From NCBI GenBank assembly GCA_965216875.1, contig OZ244207.1:4064001-4128000 (forward strand): DNA of 64,000 nucleotides, read 5' to 3'. This DNA comes from Rubripirellula sp. (GTDB taxonomy: Bacteria > Planctomycetota > Planctomycetia > Pirellulales > Pirellulaceae). The position numbers and the translations under genes are program-made. Positions within the stretch are counted from its first letter, which is position 1. Each line of letters begins with the position of its first letter. A model generated the notes under the pieces. That model did not search any database, was not told the origin of the DNA, and was given only the letters and a program-made list of their open reading frames with translations. Shown here in pieces: positions 46,752-57,384 of the stretch.

Positions 46752-48296
46752 ATGAAACTGCATCACAAGTTCTTTACCTTTGTGGTGATCGCTTGCAGTC
46801 TTGCCAGCAATGCTGCAGCCCAAGACCAAGCTTCGACGTTCACCGCGAAAGACTATCCCGAGGCCTACCAAGCGAACTGGGATTCGCTCGCGAAACATGG
46901 CCGGGCTCCCGAATGGTTCGCGGACGCAAAGCTCGGAATCTACTTCCACTGGGGGCCATACACCGTCCCCGGTTTCCGAACGGAGTGGTACCCGCGCTGG
47001 ATGCACATGGAAAAACCAGCCAACTGGGGCGCTGGCTCGATGGAGTATCACAAAGAGCACTACGGTGACCCCTCGGAATTTGGCTACCACCACTTCATCC
47101 CGATGTTCACTGGCGAGCACTTTGATCCTGCCGACTGGGCCGAACTCTTTGCATCGGCCGGTGCAAAATTTGCCGGCCCCGTTGCCCAGCATCACGACGG
47201 ATTCTCGATGTGGGCCAGTAAGATCAATCCCAACAACGCCAAAGTCGAAGGTCCCAAGCGAGACATTCTTGGCGAGCTGTTTGGTGAACTTCGTAAACGC
47301 GACATGAAAACGATCGCGACGTTCCATCACTCGTTCACGGGTCAACGCCACCGTGACGGCGTGAAAAAAGGGGAACGTAACACGAGCTACTACCCCTACA
47401 ACAAAGACTATTTCACCTCGAGCGAAGATCCAAAGCTTCGCAAGCTCTACGGGAACATGCCCGAAGCGGAATTCAACGACTATTGGTTGAACTTGGTCCA
47501 GGAAGTGGTCGACACCTATTCGCCTGACATGATCTGGTTCGACTCGTGGCTCGATGTGATCCCTGAAGACTACCGACAACGGATGGCGGCACATCACTTC
47601 AATGCCACTGCCGCTCGTGGCGAACCGGGTGTTTTGATCTGCAAGCAGGATGACATGCCCGATCAACTTCGCGTGCTCGACATCGAGCAGGGCGGCATGA
47701 AGGAAATGCCCGACAAGGTTTGGATGACCGACATCACGTTGAGCCTGAACGGTTGGTGCCACGTCCAAAACCAAAAATACAAATCGCTGCCGTTGCTCGT
47801 TCGCAACATGGTCGACGTATGGAGTAAACGTGGTGTTGTGCTTCTCAACATTTCACCACGAGCTGATGGTGTCATCCCCGACAACCAGCGTGAACTGCTG
47901 CATGGTCTCGGCGACTGGTTGGAAGTCTATGGCGAAGCCGTCTATGGAACGCGTCATCACCATGTGTTTGGCTACGGCGATGCCACCATCAAAGAGGGAC
48001 ACCACGGAGGCCAATCGGCAACGATCAAGTACACAGCCAGTGACATTCGTTTCACCCGGTCGGCCGATGGCAAAGCAATTTACGTCTTCTTCCTTGGGCA
48101 ACCCGAAGAGGGATCGAAGTTGACGGTCCGCCACTTGGCAGCCGACGGCCAACAGGTCGATGTGAAAGACGTATCATTGCTTGGCAGCGACGCGCCGTGC
48201 CAGTGGCAATTTGAAGACGGCCTCCTGAAAGTGGTTGCCCCCCAGGGGACCAAGGCCAATGAAATTGCAACGGTTTACAAGGTCTCGCTGAAATAG
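46752..48296 (+). CDS. Alpha-L-fucosidase, GH29
   Basis: Signal peptide; 'PEWFADAKLGIYFHWG.Y.VP', 'EWY', 'FDP..WA.LF..AGAK', 'HHDGF.MW', 'GPKRDI', 'Y.PD.IWFD', 'LLNISP..DG.IP', 'W....GEA.YGTR'. Confidence 0.95.
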   Translation: MKLHHKFFTFVVIACSLASNAAAQDQASTFTAKDYPEAYQANWDSLAKHGRAPEWFADAKLGIYFHWGPYTVPGFRTEWYPRWMHMEKPANWGAGSMEYHKEHYGDPSEFGYHHFIPMFTGEHFDPADWAELFASAGAKFAGPVAQHHDGFSMWASKINPNNAKVEGPKRDILGELFGELRKRDMKTIATFHHSFTGQRHRDGVKKGERNTSYYPYNKDYFTSSEDPKLRKLYGNMPEAEFNDYWLNLVQEVVDTYSPDMIWFDSWLDVIPEDYRQRMAAHHFNATAARGEPGVLICKQDDMPDQLRVLDIEQGGMKEMPDKVWMTDITLSLNGWCHVQNQKYKSLPLLVRNMVDVWSKRGVVLLNISPRADGVIPDNQRELLHGLGDWLEVYGEAVYGTRHHHVFGYGDATIKEGHHGGQSATIKYTASDIRFTRSADGKAIYVFFLGQPEEGSKLTVRHLAADGQQVDVKDVSLLGSDAPCQWQFEDGLLKVVAPQGTKANEIATVYKVSLK

Positions 48297-48335
48297 CGGG
48301 GCGAACCGAGTGGTGCATGATTGCATGCCCCCGTC

Positions 48336-49097
48336 CTAGTCATGGCGAAATTGATTTCGATAGCCGCGTGGCGTGATTCCCGTCACGCGGCGAAATCGTT
48401 TGGTGAAGTGGCTTTGGTCAAAAAAACCGACCTCTGATGCGATCTCGGCAAGGCTTCGAGAGGTTTGCGTCAACAACCGCTGCGCATGTTGAACACGTAA
48501 CGACAGAATAAAGTCGGTTGGCGACATCCGCAGCAGTGTTCGAAAACGCTGGTTGAACTGCGTCGCCGAAAGCCCCGCCATCGATGCCATCTCGCGCATC
48601 GAAATGGCATCGGTGTGATGCTCGCTGATGTACCGGACCACCGGCGACAATTCCTGAAAGTAAGCCTGCTGGTCTTCGGGCGTGGCAATCGGGTACATCA
48701 CACCCGCAATGCCGACGACCTCGCCGTCGAGATCAAAGAGCGGCGTTTTGGTCGAGACGTACCAACGCGGAGTACCGCGCACGTGTGGGACAAGCCAAAC
48801 CTGGTTTGCGATCGTTTTTCGACCGTCCATCACGCGACGGTCTTCGGCATGGTACGCCTCTGCCAGGGCGGGCGGCTGAAACTCGGCGTCCGTCCGCCCT
48901 AGCAATTCATTTGCGTCATCGAGCCCAAAGACGTCACGCAGCGTTGCGGAATTGATCCAAACGTACCGATGCTGGCGGTCCTTGCCATAGAAATAGGCGC
49001 CGGGCATGTGCTCAAACAGTGGCAGCACAAACCCACTGTGCAGTCCACTTGCCAGGAACGCACGCTGGAATTCGTCAGGTTGATCGGCAGCCGCCAT
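48336..49097 (-). CDS. AraC family transcriptional regulator with N-terminal PAS domain
   Basis: PAS 'FYGKD...RY...N......G.......LGRTD..F.P..LA..Y..ED'; AraC 'LS..QF..RF.......P', 'A.RLL......LAEIA.EVGF.DQSHF...FRR..G.TP..YR'. Confidence 0.93.
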   Translation of the reverse strand: MAAADQPDEFQRAFLASGLHSGFVLPLFEHMPGAYFYGKDRQHRYVWINSATLRDVFGLDDANELLGRTDAEFQPPALAEAYHAEDRRVMDGRKTIANQVWLVPHVRGTPRWYVSTKTPLFDLDGEVVGIAGVMYPIATPEDQQAYFQELSPVVRYISEHHTDAISMREMASMAGLSATQFNQRFRTLLRMSPTDFILSLRVQHAQRLLTQTSRSLAEIASEVGFFDQSHFTKRFRRVTGITPRGYRNQFRHD

Positions 49098-49326
49098 GCG
49101 TCAAATCATACAAGAACGCCAAAGCGAGTGGGCCCCTGATGGCAACGCGCACCAGATCCTGCGACAACCGCAAAGCACTCTGCTGGCACGTGAGCCGGAC
49201 ATGCTACTAGCATCGGCAATGGGGGCCCAATGAAGCGCAAGGCCCAACGCGAGCGAGTTCGGCTCACGGAATCACAGCCTCGAGGGGAAGACGGCGATCG
49301 CTGGTCGTTTTGAACGCGTGAATCGC

Positions 49327-50835
49327 TTAGAACGTGCCGAGCTGGCGGCGTTCGACACCCGAAAGCAATTGCAGCAGCGCCGCTCGCAATTCACGCACTT
49401 TCAACGGCAGTGCCAAATGCTTGCGGTTGGGACCACGTTTGGCTCGAGAGAGAATATGAGTCTGGCGGTTGTCGGCCAACAAGACGGCGGGAATGTCACG
49501 CGTGTGTTCGTCTTCAGCAAACTTGTTGTAGGCGTCGACGGCCAGGTCCGCCAACTCGGCTGCGCCGAAAATCACGCAATCGGCCGGGTTGTCCTCTTGG
49601 GGATCAAAGCGTGCCAGAGCGCGATTCGGGTCCGAGATGATCAACACGCGGTAGCCGCGTGATTTGAGACGTTCACGAATCGCGTTTTGCAGGCCAGCTT
49701 TTGATTCAACCAACATCACAACGTAGCCCTCGCCCTCGTTGGTTGGGATGTCATCGTCGTCGTGATGATCGGCCATTGCGTTGCCGGCAAAGTCAGGCGC
49801 GAGCTTGCGTTTGTGACCACCTTCAAGGATCTCGATTGCCTTCTTCACTTCTGCCTGCAGCGCGGCAGCCGACTGAATCCGCTTTTCAGGATTGAATTCC
49901 ATACAACGCTGAACCACCTGGTTCGCGATACTTGGAACATCGGGGACGCGTTCGTGAAGTGGAACGACTTCTTGGAAACGCGTCACATTCAAACGTTGCA
50001 GTCGGTCGCGTGTTTCGGTGAGTGCCGGCGTACCGGCCAACATGTGATAGAGCATGTTGCCCGCGAAATAGATATCGCTTCGCGGATCATCTTTTCGGAC
50101 TCCTGTTCCACGTTCGAGCGCGGCATAGTCGATTGCCCGAGCGTTCGGACAGTCGGCCATCTTCTCGGGGTTGTTTCGATCCGAAAGGGCAGCCAAACCA
50201 AAGTCGACCAACTTTGCTTTGCCGTCGGACGAAATCAAAACGTTTGAAAGCTTCAAGTCACGGTGCGCAATCCCGAACGTCGCGGCATACGCCAATCCCG
50301 AGGCAACTTCATAAAGCAAACGCAATGCAAGATCGGCGGGCAACTTTCCGCGGACACGAACAAGTTCGCGCAGTGTTTGGCCTTCGACAAACTCCATCAC
50401 CAGGAACGGGTTTCTCACATCAGGAACAACATCTTCAATGCTAACGATGTGAGGATGCCTTAGTTTCAATCCCATGCGACCTTCGCGCAGGAACTGTTCC
50501 ATCTCTTTGACTTCGTCACGAAACCGTTTCCGAAGCACTTTCACCGCGTAGACTTTGCCATCCTTTTCCGCGCGATAAACTCGCGCGAACGTTCCGGCAC
50601 CGATCACATAAAGGACCTTGTAGTCGCCGTAAAAATAGCCGTGGCGATCGCCCTTGAGGATTTTCTCCGTTTGCAGCGTCGTGACCAAACCACGGCGCTG
50701 CATTTGTGTGATCACGTCGTCCAACTCGACAATGCCCGTACCAAGCTCACTCATTGCCTGATCTACGGCCCGTCGGTCGGCGAGCCCTAATTCAGAAATG
50801 CGAAGAGCGAATTGCTCGGGAGTCGGTTTTTCCAT
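49327..50835 (-). CDS. Hanks-type Ser/Thr protein kinase with C-terminal receiver-like domain
   Basis: 'IGAGTFARVY', 'AVKVL', 'FLRE', 'HPHIV', 'LVMEFVEG', 'HRDLK.SN', 'DFGLA', 'SDIY'. No TM. The C-terminus is a REC-like alpha/beta domain. Confidence 0.9.
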   Translation of the reverse strand: MEKPTPEQFALRISELGLADRRAVDQAMSELGTGIVELDDVITQMQRRGLVTTLQTEKILKGDRHGYFYGDYKVLYVIGAGTFARVYRAEKDGKVYAVKVLRKRFRDEVKEMEQFLREGRMGLKLRHPHIVSIEDVVPDVRNPFLVMEFVEGQTLRELVRVRGKLPADLALRLLYEVASGLAYAATFGIAHRDLKLSNVLISSDGKAKLVDFGLAALSDRNNPEKMADCPNARAIDYAALERGTGVRKDDPRSDIYFAGNMLYHMLAGTPALTETRDRLQRLNVTRFQEVVPLHERVPDVPSIANQVVQRCMEFNPEKRIQSAAALQAEVKKAIEILEGGHKRKLAPDFAGNAMADHHDDDDIPTNEGEGYVVMLVESKAGLQNAIRERLKSRGYRVLIISDPNRALARFDPQEDNPADCVIFGAAELADLAVDAYNKFAEDEHTRDIPAVLLADNRQTHILSRAKRGPNRKHLALPLKVRELRAALLQLLSGVERRQLGTF

Positions 50836-51235
50836 CGGAGAATAGAGATTGCGCGTGTGTTGGTATTGGTCATCAAAGGTGGCGCCGGCCGAAGTCGGAC
50901 CGAGGGCAAACAACGTCGCAACCCCCCGGGAAATGGCCGAACAGGCTCCTCTCTGGCGCCAGCAGTTGGGACCTATTCTACACCGAGGATGCCCAATCGC
51001 AGACAGGACAATCCGTAAGCCGGCGAGTTCTGCGGCTCGCTAACGAATTTACGGGCAAAACGGATCGTACCAACGAAAAAACGGCGACAAAATGGTCGCC
51101 GCTTGAACTTGGGCCTGCGAATCCGGCTTGCTTGATTCGGCCCGGGGAACCGGTTCCGGGAAGCAACTCGAAACCGGGGCCGGTTTTCACTCCCAGTCAC
51201 GTATGGGACCCGGGGGGAGTTTCCTAAGAGGGCGA

Positions 51236-51631
51236 TCAGTCGAGCAAACGCTCGAGAGCCGAAAGAGCCGTGCGGGTCTCGTTGATACCGCCGATCTCTT
51301 CGACCATCTTTTTCACCTTAAGCAGTGATTCAATAGAAACCTCTTGAGCACCGCCGCGCGAGCCACGACCTGCGCTGGCGGTAGCGCCAACGGGACGACC
51401 GCGACGCGCCGATTTCTTTCCGGGCGGACGACCAGGCTTTCCGATCGTTTTCTTATTCTTTGAGTTGGACCGAATGGTGCTGACGAAGGCGGTTGAAACC
51501 GTGATCCCTTTCTTCTTCAGCTCAGCTGCGACTTCTTTGGGTTTGGCTTTCGGATTTGCTTTGTAATACTCACGGATGGCTTGCGACTTGTTAGGAGCTT
51601 CCGCTTTCGCTTTCGCTTTCTTCTTAGCCAT
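51236..51631 (-). CDS. Small Lys/Arg-rich putative DNA-binding (nucleoid-associated-like) protein
   Basis: 131 aa, very basic; 'NKSQAIREY...P.AKPKEV...L...GI.VS..FVS.I' HTH-like N-terminus; GRP motifs; GAGG before the ATG. Confidence 0.75.
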   Translation of the reverse strand: MAKKKAKAKAEAPNKSQAIREYYKANPKAKPKEVAAELKKKGITVSTAFVSTIRSNSKNKKTIGKPGRPPGKKSARRGRPVGATASAGRGSRGGAQEVSIESLLKVKKMVEEIGGINETRTALSALERLLD

Positions 51632-51905
51632 GGAACAACCTCTTGTTCAATCGTCGTTGCTAAAACAACACGACAGGCCCTGATAGGCACTAGGGTGGTA
51701 ATGGGTAACAGCCATTCCTGCGTGCCCAACAGAACAATGACTTACGGGCGGTGTCATAACCCCCGTATTAGCTAGCGAAAAACAGACGCTTCTTCTAACA
51801 CGCACACCAACGCTAAAAATATATCAGTTGGTCCGCGCGAACAACCGGTTTGAACGTTCGTTTTGCACGCACATTCGATTTGTTATCGAGTGTTAAGAGT
51901 GCGCG

Positions 51906-53885
51906 CTACATTCGCTTCAAGACATTGATGCCGAGCAAGTTTAGCGCAAGTCGGCAAACGCGTCCGTAAAGGAAAACCAACGCCAAGCGACACGTCTTCG
52001 CTTGAGGCGTTTCCGCTTTCAACACGTGACATTGCGTAACAAAGATTGAAAACTGCTTGGCCGTATCCAACAAGTATTCGACAAGCAGGTTAGGCGCATA
52101 TTCGTTATGCACCGAAACGAGCGATTCCTCAAAACGCAACATGGCAAGCGCAAGATCTCGCTCTGCAGAATGAGTGAACTCAATCCCTTGCTCCTTCGCA
52201 TTGGTAATCACCTCTTCCTCGGATGTTTCAGCCTTTCGCAAAATCCCATTCACACGGGCGAATGAGAATTGGATGTAGGCAGAGGTTGCACCATTGAGAT
52301 CAACCATTTTTTCGAGGTTAAATCGATAGTCACTGGTGCGATGATGTGCGAGATCCGCAAACTTGATGGCACCGATCCCAACGACCTCAGCAACATGATG
52401 TTGTTCTTCAACGTCCATCGGTGGGTCAAAGGTTGTCAAACGCTCTGGATCGCAAACCACTTGTTTTGCACGATCGACCGCGTCATCAAGCAGGCTCTCT
52501 AAGCCAATCAAGTCACCGCTCTTGGTCTTCATCGGCCGGCCATCTTCACCAAGCACCGTGCCAAAATTGACATGCGCGAGCTTGATTTCATCGAGCCCCA
52601 TTTTTTTCGCAACAGCGAACAATTTTTCAAAGTGTTCACTTTGGCGAGTGTCGACGACATATAAGATTTCGCTCGGCGAAAACTCAGCCAGCCGGTATTT
52701 CAATGTCGCCAAATCGGTGGTGGCATAAAGGTAAGCGCCATCCTGCTTGCGCACGATCATCGGGGCGTCGAAGTTCGGCAGGAACACACAGATTGCCCCT
52801 TCGCTTTCGCTTGCCGTCCCATCGGCCTGCAACTGTTCGACCACATCGCCCAACATCGAGTGATAAAAGCTCTCGCCGAGGGTATGATCGAACTGAATAT
52901 CCAACCGCTTGTAAACGCGATTGATCTCGTCTTTACAATGTGGCATGAACTTGTTCCACAATGCAAGATTTTCGGCATCACCTTCATGCAGCTTGGCGGT
53001 TTCGCCAAGCACATCGGTGGCAATGTTCGGGTGAGCATCGGCGATCGCTTTGAGTTCGGGGTCGGCATCCACCGCACCGATCTTGGCCTTGGCCGAAGCG
53101 AGTTCTCCCTCAAGTGCTTTCACACGTTTTGCCGCGGACTCGGCAACCTTCTTTGCTTTTTTGGCAGCCTTGCCTTCAGCAACTTCCGCGTCGCCAGCCA
53201 AACGTTCTGCATCCGCTTTGGCCTGAATGATCTTTTCCTCGACGGTATCGAGAGACGCGATCGCCTTTCGATAGTCCATCAATTGGTTGACCAACCGATA
53301 GATTTTTAGCAGCTCAAGCACAGGATCCGCGTCTACGGTTTCGGCGTCGCCAAAGTGTTTGTAGCCGTAGATGATCATTCCGAACTGGGTGCCCCAATCC
53401 CCCAGGTGATTATCGGTAATGGTGTTGTACCCCAGGAACTTGAGCGTCCTGGCAAGCGAATCACCAATGACCGTGCTGCGGATATGACCAACATGCATCG
53501 GCTTGGCAACGTTTGGTGACGAAAAGTCGATAACGATCGTTTCCTTTCCGCCTCGATCCTCGACCAAACATCGCTCATCATCGAGCATCCGAGACATCGC
53601 CTCGGCTAGAAACTTGTCATTAAGTTTCAGGTTGATGAACCCGTTAACGATCTCGGGCGGCTCGCACATGTCGTCGACCTTCAAGTTGTCGACGATCTTC
53701 TGGGCCGCTTCGTTAGGATTGTTGACACCCAGCTGCTTTTTCAATGGCATTGCGCAGTTGGCTTGATAGTCGCCCATCTTGGGATTGTTCGTGGGGCGAA
53801 CCAACTTCGAAAACTTTTCATAGTCTTCGGTCAACGGCTTCAGGGCGATACTAAATCGCTCCTGGAGAAGATGTGGAATGTGCAT
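51906..53885 (-). CDS. argS: Arginine--tRNA ligase
   Basis: 'GDYQAN', 'IDFSSPNVAKPMHVGHIRSTVIGD', 'NHLGDWGTQFG', 'GES.Y', 'K.DG.YLY.TTDLA', 'MKTK.G', DALR anticodon domain. Confidence 0.97.
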   Translation of the reverse strand: MHIPHLLQERFSIALKPLTEDYEKFSKLVRPTNNPKMGDYQANCAMPLKKQLGVNNPNEAAQKIVDNLKVDDMCEPPEIVNGFINLKLNDKFLAEAMSRMLDDERCLVEDRGGKETIVIDFSSPNVAKPMHVGHIRSTVIGDSLARTLKFLGYNTITDNHLGDWGTQFGMIIYGYKHFGDAETVDADPVLELLKIYRLVNQLMDYRKAIASLDTVEEKIIQAKADAERLAGDAEVAEGKAAKKAKKVAESAAKRVKALEGELASAKAKIGAVDADPELKAIADAHPNIATDVLGETAKLHEGDAENLALWNKFMPHCKDEINRVYKRLDIQFDHTLGESFYHSMLGDVVEQLQADGTASESEGAICVFLPNFDAPMIVRKQDGAYLYATTDLATLKYRLAEFSPSEILYVVDTRQSEHFEKLFAVAKKMGLDEIKLAHVNFGTVLGEDGRPMKTKSGDLIGLESLLDDAVDRAKQVVCDPERLTTFDPPMDVEEQHHVAEVVGIGAIKFADLAHHRTSDYRFNLEKMVDLNGATSAYIQFSFARVNGILRKAETSEEEVITNAKEQGIEFTHSAERDLALAMLRFEESLVSVHNEYAPNLLVEYLLDTAKQFSIFVTQCHVLKAETPQAKTCRLALVFLYGRVCRLALNLLGINVLKRM

Positions 53886-54002
53886 CTTGCAGATGGTAGC
53901 GTTGGAAAGAGATCGCGGCAGACAGGTACTGTCCTGACCGGTTGCGGATTCGACGAAGGCGAAGGTTGCTTGTCGCGACGCTGGTCTGATCGCAACAATG
54001 GC

Positions 54003-54488
54003 CTACTGTTCGATGCCAAGATCCGAAAGCGGGATTTCCTTGGCGTCAGCCCAAAGAGACTCCAAGTCGTAGTACTCACGAGTTTCGTCATCGAACAGGT
54101 GGACTACGACGCTGCCGTAATCCAACACAATCCAACGGCTCTCTTGGTAGCCTTCGATTCCCATACGCTGATCGCCCATCCCCTTTTCGAGGGCATCGTC
54201 GATCTGTTCGCTGATCGCGTGAAGCTGGCGACGACTTGTCCCGGTTGCCAAGACAAAAAAGTCAAACTCAGCAGACTGGGCACTGACATCCAAAACGGCG
54301 ACGTCCGTTCCCTTGTTGTCCAGCGCAACGCGAGCGGCAGCGGCAGCGAGTTTGCGGCCTTCTTCGATACCGTGCGGGCGAATGGCTTTCGAGGGGGCAA
54401 CCATTGGATCAACGGGAGCCGGCTCTGCGGTTGACGTATCCACTTTGGGGTCGTTTGGGTCGGGCGAGGGCTGGGTTTCTTCGGACAT
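54003..54488 (-). CDS. rsfS: Ribosome silencing factor
   Basis: 'D.KG.D..VLDV', 'DFFV.ATG.S.RQ..AI', 'EG.....W..LDYG.VVVH.F....R.YY.LE.LW'. Confidence 0.95.
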   Translation of the reverse strand: MSEETQPSPDPNDPKVDTSTAEPAPVDPMVAPSKAIRPHGIEEGRKLAAAAARVALDNKGTDVAVLDVSAQSAEFDFFVLATGTSRRQLHAISEQIDDALEKGMGDQRMGIEGYQESRWIVLDYGSVVVHLFDDETREYYDLESLWADAKEIPLSDLGIEQ

Positions 54489-54700
54489 TCCGAAGAGTCT
54501 ACCGGTTTTGGCCCGTTTGTCACGGACCAAGCCTGAATTGCCGCATCGGTTCGACCGCGGCAGCGAGTCCCCTGGGGTTGCCCACGATCGAGCACCCAAC
54601 TGAAAGAGGGGGCAAATCCCATCATCCGACAGGATTTACCGTGTAGACAGTCCCGATAGGCCCGAAGGTTCGCGGACTTCGCGTGCCGAAAAAGAAATGA

Positions 54701-57160
54701 CTATTTCTTTTTCTTGTTTGGTGGACGACGACGCTTATTGGGTCGTTCGGCCGGTTCCTCAGGCTTGGTGACCTGTTCACGAATTCGATCGGTCAAGCTT
54801 GGCGACTTCTTTTTGTCGGTGGCGGTCGCCGTCCCTTCGATCACCGAAGCATCGAAATGGGGTGTCTTGGGAAGCGTCTTTTTGACCAAGATCCGCTCGC
54901 AGATCCCCCACAAACTACTTGTGATGAAGTAGATGCAAAGACCCGCCGGGACTCGGAAGAAGAACAGGCCCATCATCATGGTCATGACCGTCATCATCTT
55001 CTGCGTCATTGCGGTCTGTTCGTCGGTCGCCGGCGGCATGAACATCTTCTGCTGCGCCAGGAACAACGTGACCACAATCACGGGCAGGATATTGAAATAA
55101 GGGCCAAGCCAACCTGTACCACGACCGGAGAGGTAATCCCAAAGCCAATCGCCCCAATAAAGGAACATGTCGGGACCGGCCAAGTTGGACGCCCAAGCCG
55201 TGCTGGACGAAACCGCCTCTTGCCGCAATTCGATGTCAACCGAAAGTGCACGATAGAGGCCGATGAAGATTGGCAACTGAAGGAACATTGGCAGACAGCC
55301 TGCGAGCGGATTGAATCCAACTCGCTGCTGCAGCTCACGCTGAGCCTTCAAGCGACCTTCCATGTCGTCTTTGTACTGGTCGGCGATCTTCTTTAGCTCT
55401 GGTGCAAGCTCCTGCATCCGCTGTGCGTTGACCGCAGCCTTGCGTGAAAGCGGGAACATCGCCCCACGAACAATCACCGTCAGGATGATGATCGCTACCG
55501 CGTAATTGCCGACGCCAGAAAGGATGTGCAGCAGACCGGCAAGCAATCGAGCAAAGAGTGCGAACCAACCGTAATAGATGCTGTCGCCTAGACCATGCTT
55601 GGCCAATAGCTCGGGTTGCTTTGGCCCAGCGAAGAGCTGCAAGTCTTTTCGAATCGCTTTCCCAGGCCCTACCGTGGCGACCGAGCTATCAAGGAAGAAG
55701 GAAACGTTGACCGCGCGTTCTTTGTGTCGTTCGATCTTGGAAGGATCCGCGACCACGTTTGCTGTGGCACGCCGAAATCCACTCAGCGACGTTTCGCCCG
55801 CCGCTGGGATGTAGCCGACGTCAAAGTACTGTGCGTCGACACCGATGTATTTCAGATCGCGTGCTTCTTCGCTTGCATCGGGCGCGAAGATTGATTGATC
55901 CGGTTTCTCGGGTTCGTTCTTCGCTTTCTTCAGCAAATCGTAACCGCTGATCAGTTCATGCCCTTCCGCCGCAGTGCGATAAACAACGTCACGCGCTGCT
56001 GCACCACCAAAGTTGGGGCTGATCTTGTTGCTGTACCACCACCCCTCGAGTGTCAAACCATTTGCACCTTCAAGGCGGTAGGCGAGGTCTTGAGGTTGGG
56101 TGCCAGTGTTCTCAACCTGCACCGACATGTCGATCACGTAGCTGCCGGGAACGAGCGAGTAGCGGCGACTGAGTCGCACCGGCTGGCCGCCAATCGGTTC
56201 CATTTCGGCGGCGGAGAGATCGAGAGTGAAGGAAGCTTCAGATTTTTCGGGAGTGTCGCGGCCGGCGTATTCCCAATTCAATTCCGTGGGGTCGCTCAAA
56301 CCACTGATGCCGCGTTGGCCGGTAATGATTCGTTTTCGATTGACTTGGCCAAGGGTCATCAAGCAAGAAAGGCGGGACAGGTTTCCGACGACCTGATCCG
56401 CACCGCCATCGCGCGCCAACCGGATGAGATCAAGTGGATGCTCGGTGAGTGTCGCGGTGAGGGTCACGGGCGGACCACGGGTTGGTGCCGCGGCATTGCC
56501 TGCGTCCTCGTCGGCTTCGTCATCGCCTGCGGCCGCCGCTGCCGTTCGCAACACTTCAACGCTAATCTGATCGCCTGGTTTCGTTTTCAGCAGGGCAGCT
56601 TCGATATCGTTTCGCGAAACGATGACCTGACCACCAATCGCGACAATCACGTCGCCCACCTGCACACCCGCGGCGTCCGCTGGGGTTCCTGGGCCAACCA
56701 CGTTGACCAGGACTCCGTCGACGTCCATCACCGAACCGCCGGCAAAGTATCCGAGGTAGCCGTGTCGCACGTCCACGCGGCGATACTTCAAACCGCCTCC
56801 GTCGCGGCGCTCGGTCAATTCAATCCGCTCGACACCGCCACCCTTGTTGGACAACGTCACCAACATATTGTGTCCGGTCGAGGCATCCATCGACCCCAGC
56901 GTCATCCAACGCTGTGCGCTGCGAGCCTTGGGCTTCTCTTCGGAGCCATCGCCAGCGTTGGCCTCTGGTACCGTTTCGTCACTCGAATCGGAGTCATTGG
57001 AAGCGACCGAGTCAACATTCTCGGGGTCCACGACCTCGCCGTCGGCCAACTCTTCCACCGCAGGTGGCGGTGGGGGTGGCACAAACATCACGCGCAGCGT
57101 CATGTAGACAAAGAAGAATGCCGTAGCGGCGATGATGAACGTGAACAGGCTACGTTCCAC
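54701..57160 (-). CDS. yidC: Membrane protein insertase YidC with a PDZ insertion
   Basis: 'QYF', 'FAGPK', 'YYGWF', 'GNY..AIIILT..VR...FPL', 'MQ.L.PEL..I', '[15 protein letters not shown]', 'P.GL..YF..S'. PDZ '[20 protein letters not shown]'. Confidence 0.93.
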   Translation of the reverse strand: MERSLFTFIIAATAFFFVYMTLRVMFVPPPPPPAVEELADGEVVDPENVDSVASNDSDSSDETVPEANAGDGSEEKPKARSAQRWMTLGSMDASTGHNMLVTLSNKGGGVERIELTERRDGGGLKYRRVDVRHGYLGYFAGGSVMDVDGVLVNVVGPGTPADAAGVQVGDVIVAIGGQVIVSRNDIEAALLKTKPGDQISVEVLRTAAAAAGDDEADEDAGNAAAPTRGPPVTLTATLTEHPLDLIRLARDGGADQVVGNLSRLSCLMTLGQVNRKRIITGQRGISGLSDPTELNWEYAGRDTPEKSEASFTLDLSAAEMEPIGGQPVRLSRRYSLVPGSYVIDMSVQVENTGTQPQDLAYRLEGANGLTLEGWWYSNKISPNFGGAAARDVVYRTAAEGHELISGYDLLKKAKNEPEKPDQSIFAPDASEEARDLKYIGVDAQYFDVGYIPAAGETSLSGFRRATANVVADPSKIERHKERAVNVSFFLDSSVATVGPGKAIRKDLQLFAGPKQPELLAKHGLGDSIYYGWFALFARLLAGLLHILSGVGNYAVAIIILTVIVRGAMFPLSRKAAVNAQRMQELAPELKKIADQYKDDMEGRLKAQRELQQRVGFNPLAGCLPMFLQLPIFIGLYRALSVDIELRQEAVSSSTAWASNLAGPDMFLYWGDWLWDYLSGRGTGWLGPYFNILPVIVVTLFLAQQKMFMPPATDEQTAMTQKMMTVMTMMMGLFFFRVPAGLCIYFITSSLWGICERILVKKTLPKTPHFDASVIEGTATATDKKKSPSLTDRIREQVTKPEEPAERPNKRRRPPNKKKK

Positions 57161-57384
57161 GATCGACCCGTTGGGTTAGATGGTTTGGACGAATGCCCAA
57201 GCGTTTTGGGCAGACCTATCAATTCAGAAAGACCGGCACCCCCAATAGGGTGCCAGTCTTTCACATGTAATCAGGCGTTATTCTGCCCAGCAAACCAAAT
57301 CTTGGGAAGGCGAAGGGGCCTATTCCCACGCGGCCAACGTCAAAATCGGTGCTCTGAGAGGATCATCCGAACAGGTTGGGGCGA

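Noticed and set aside
51120..51215. GC-rich palindromic stretch as ncRNA or tRNA
   Set aside because: There is no cloverleaf or T-loop consensus and the stems are short and irregular. At most it is a terminator-like structure.
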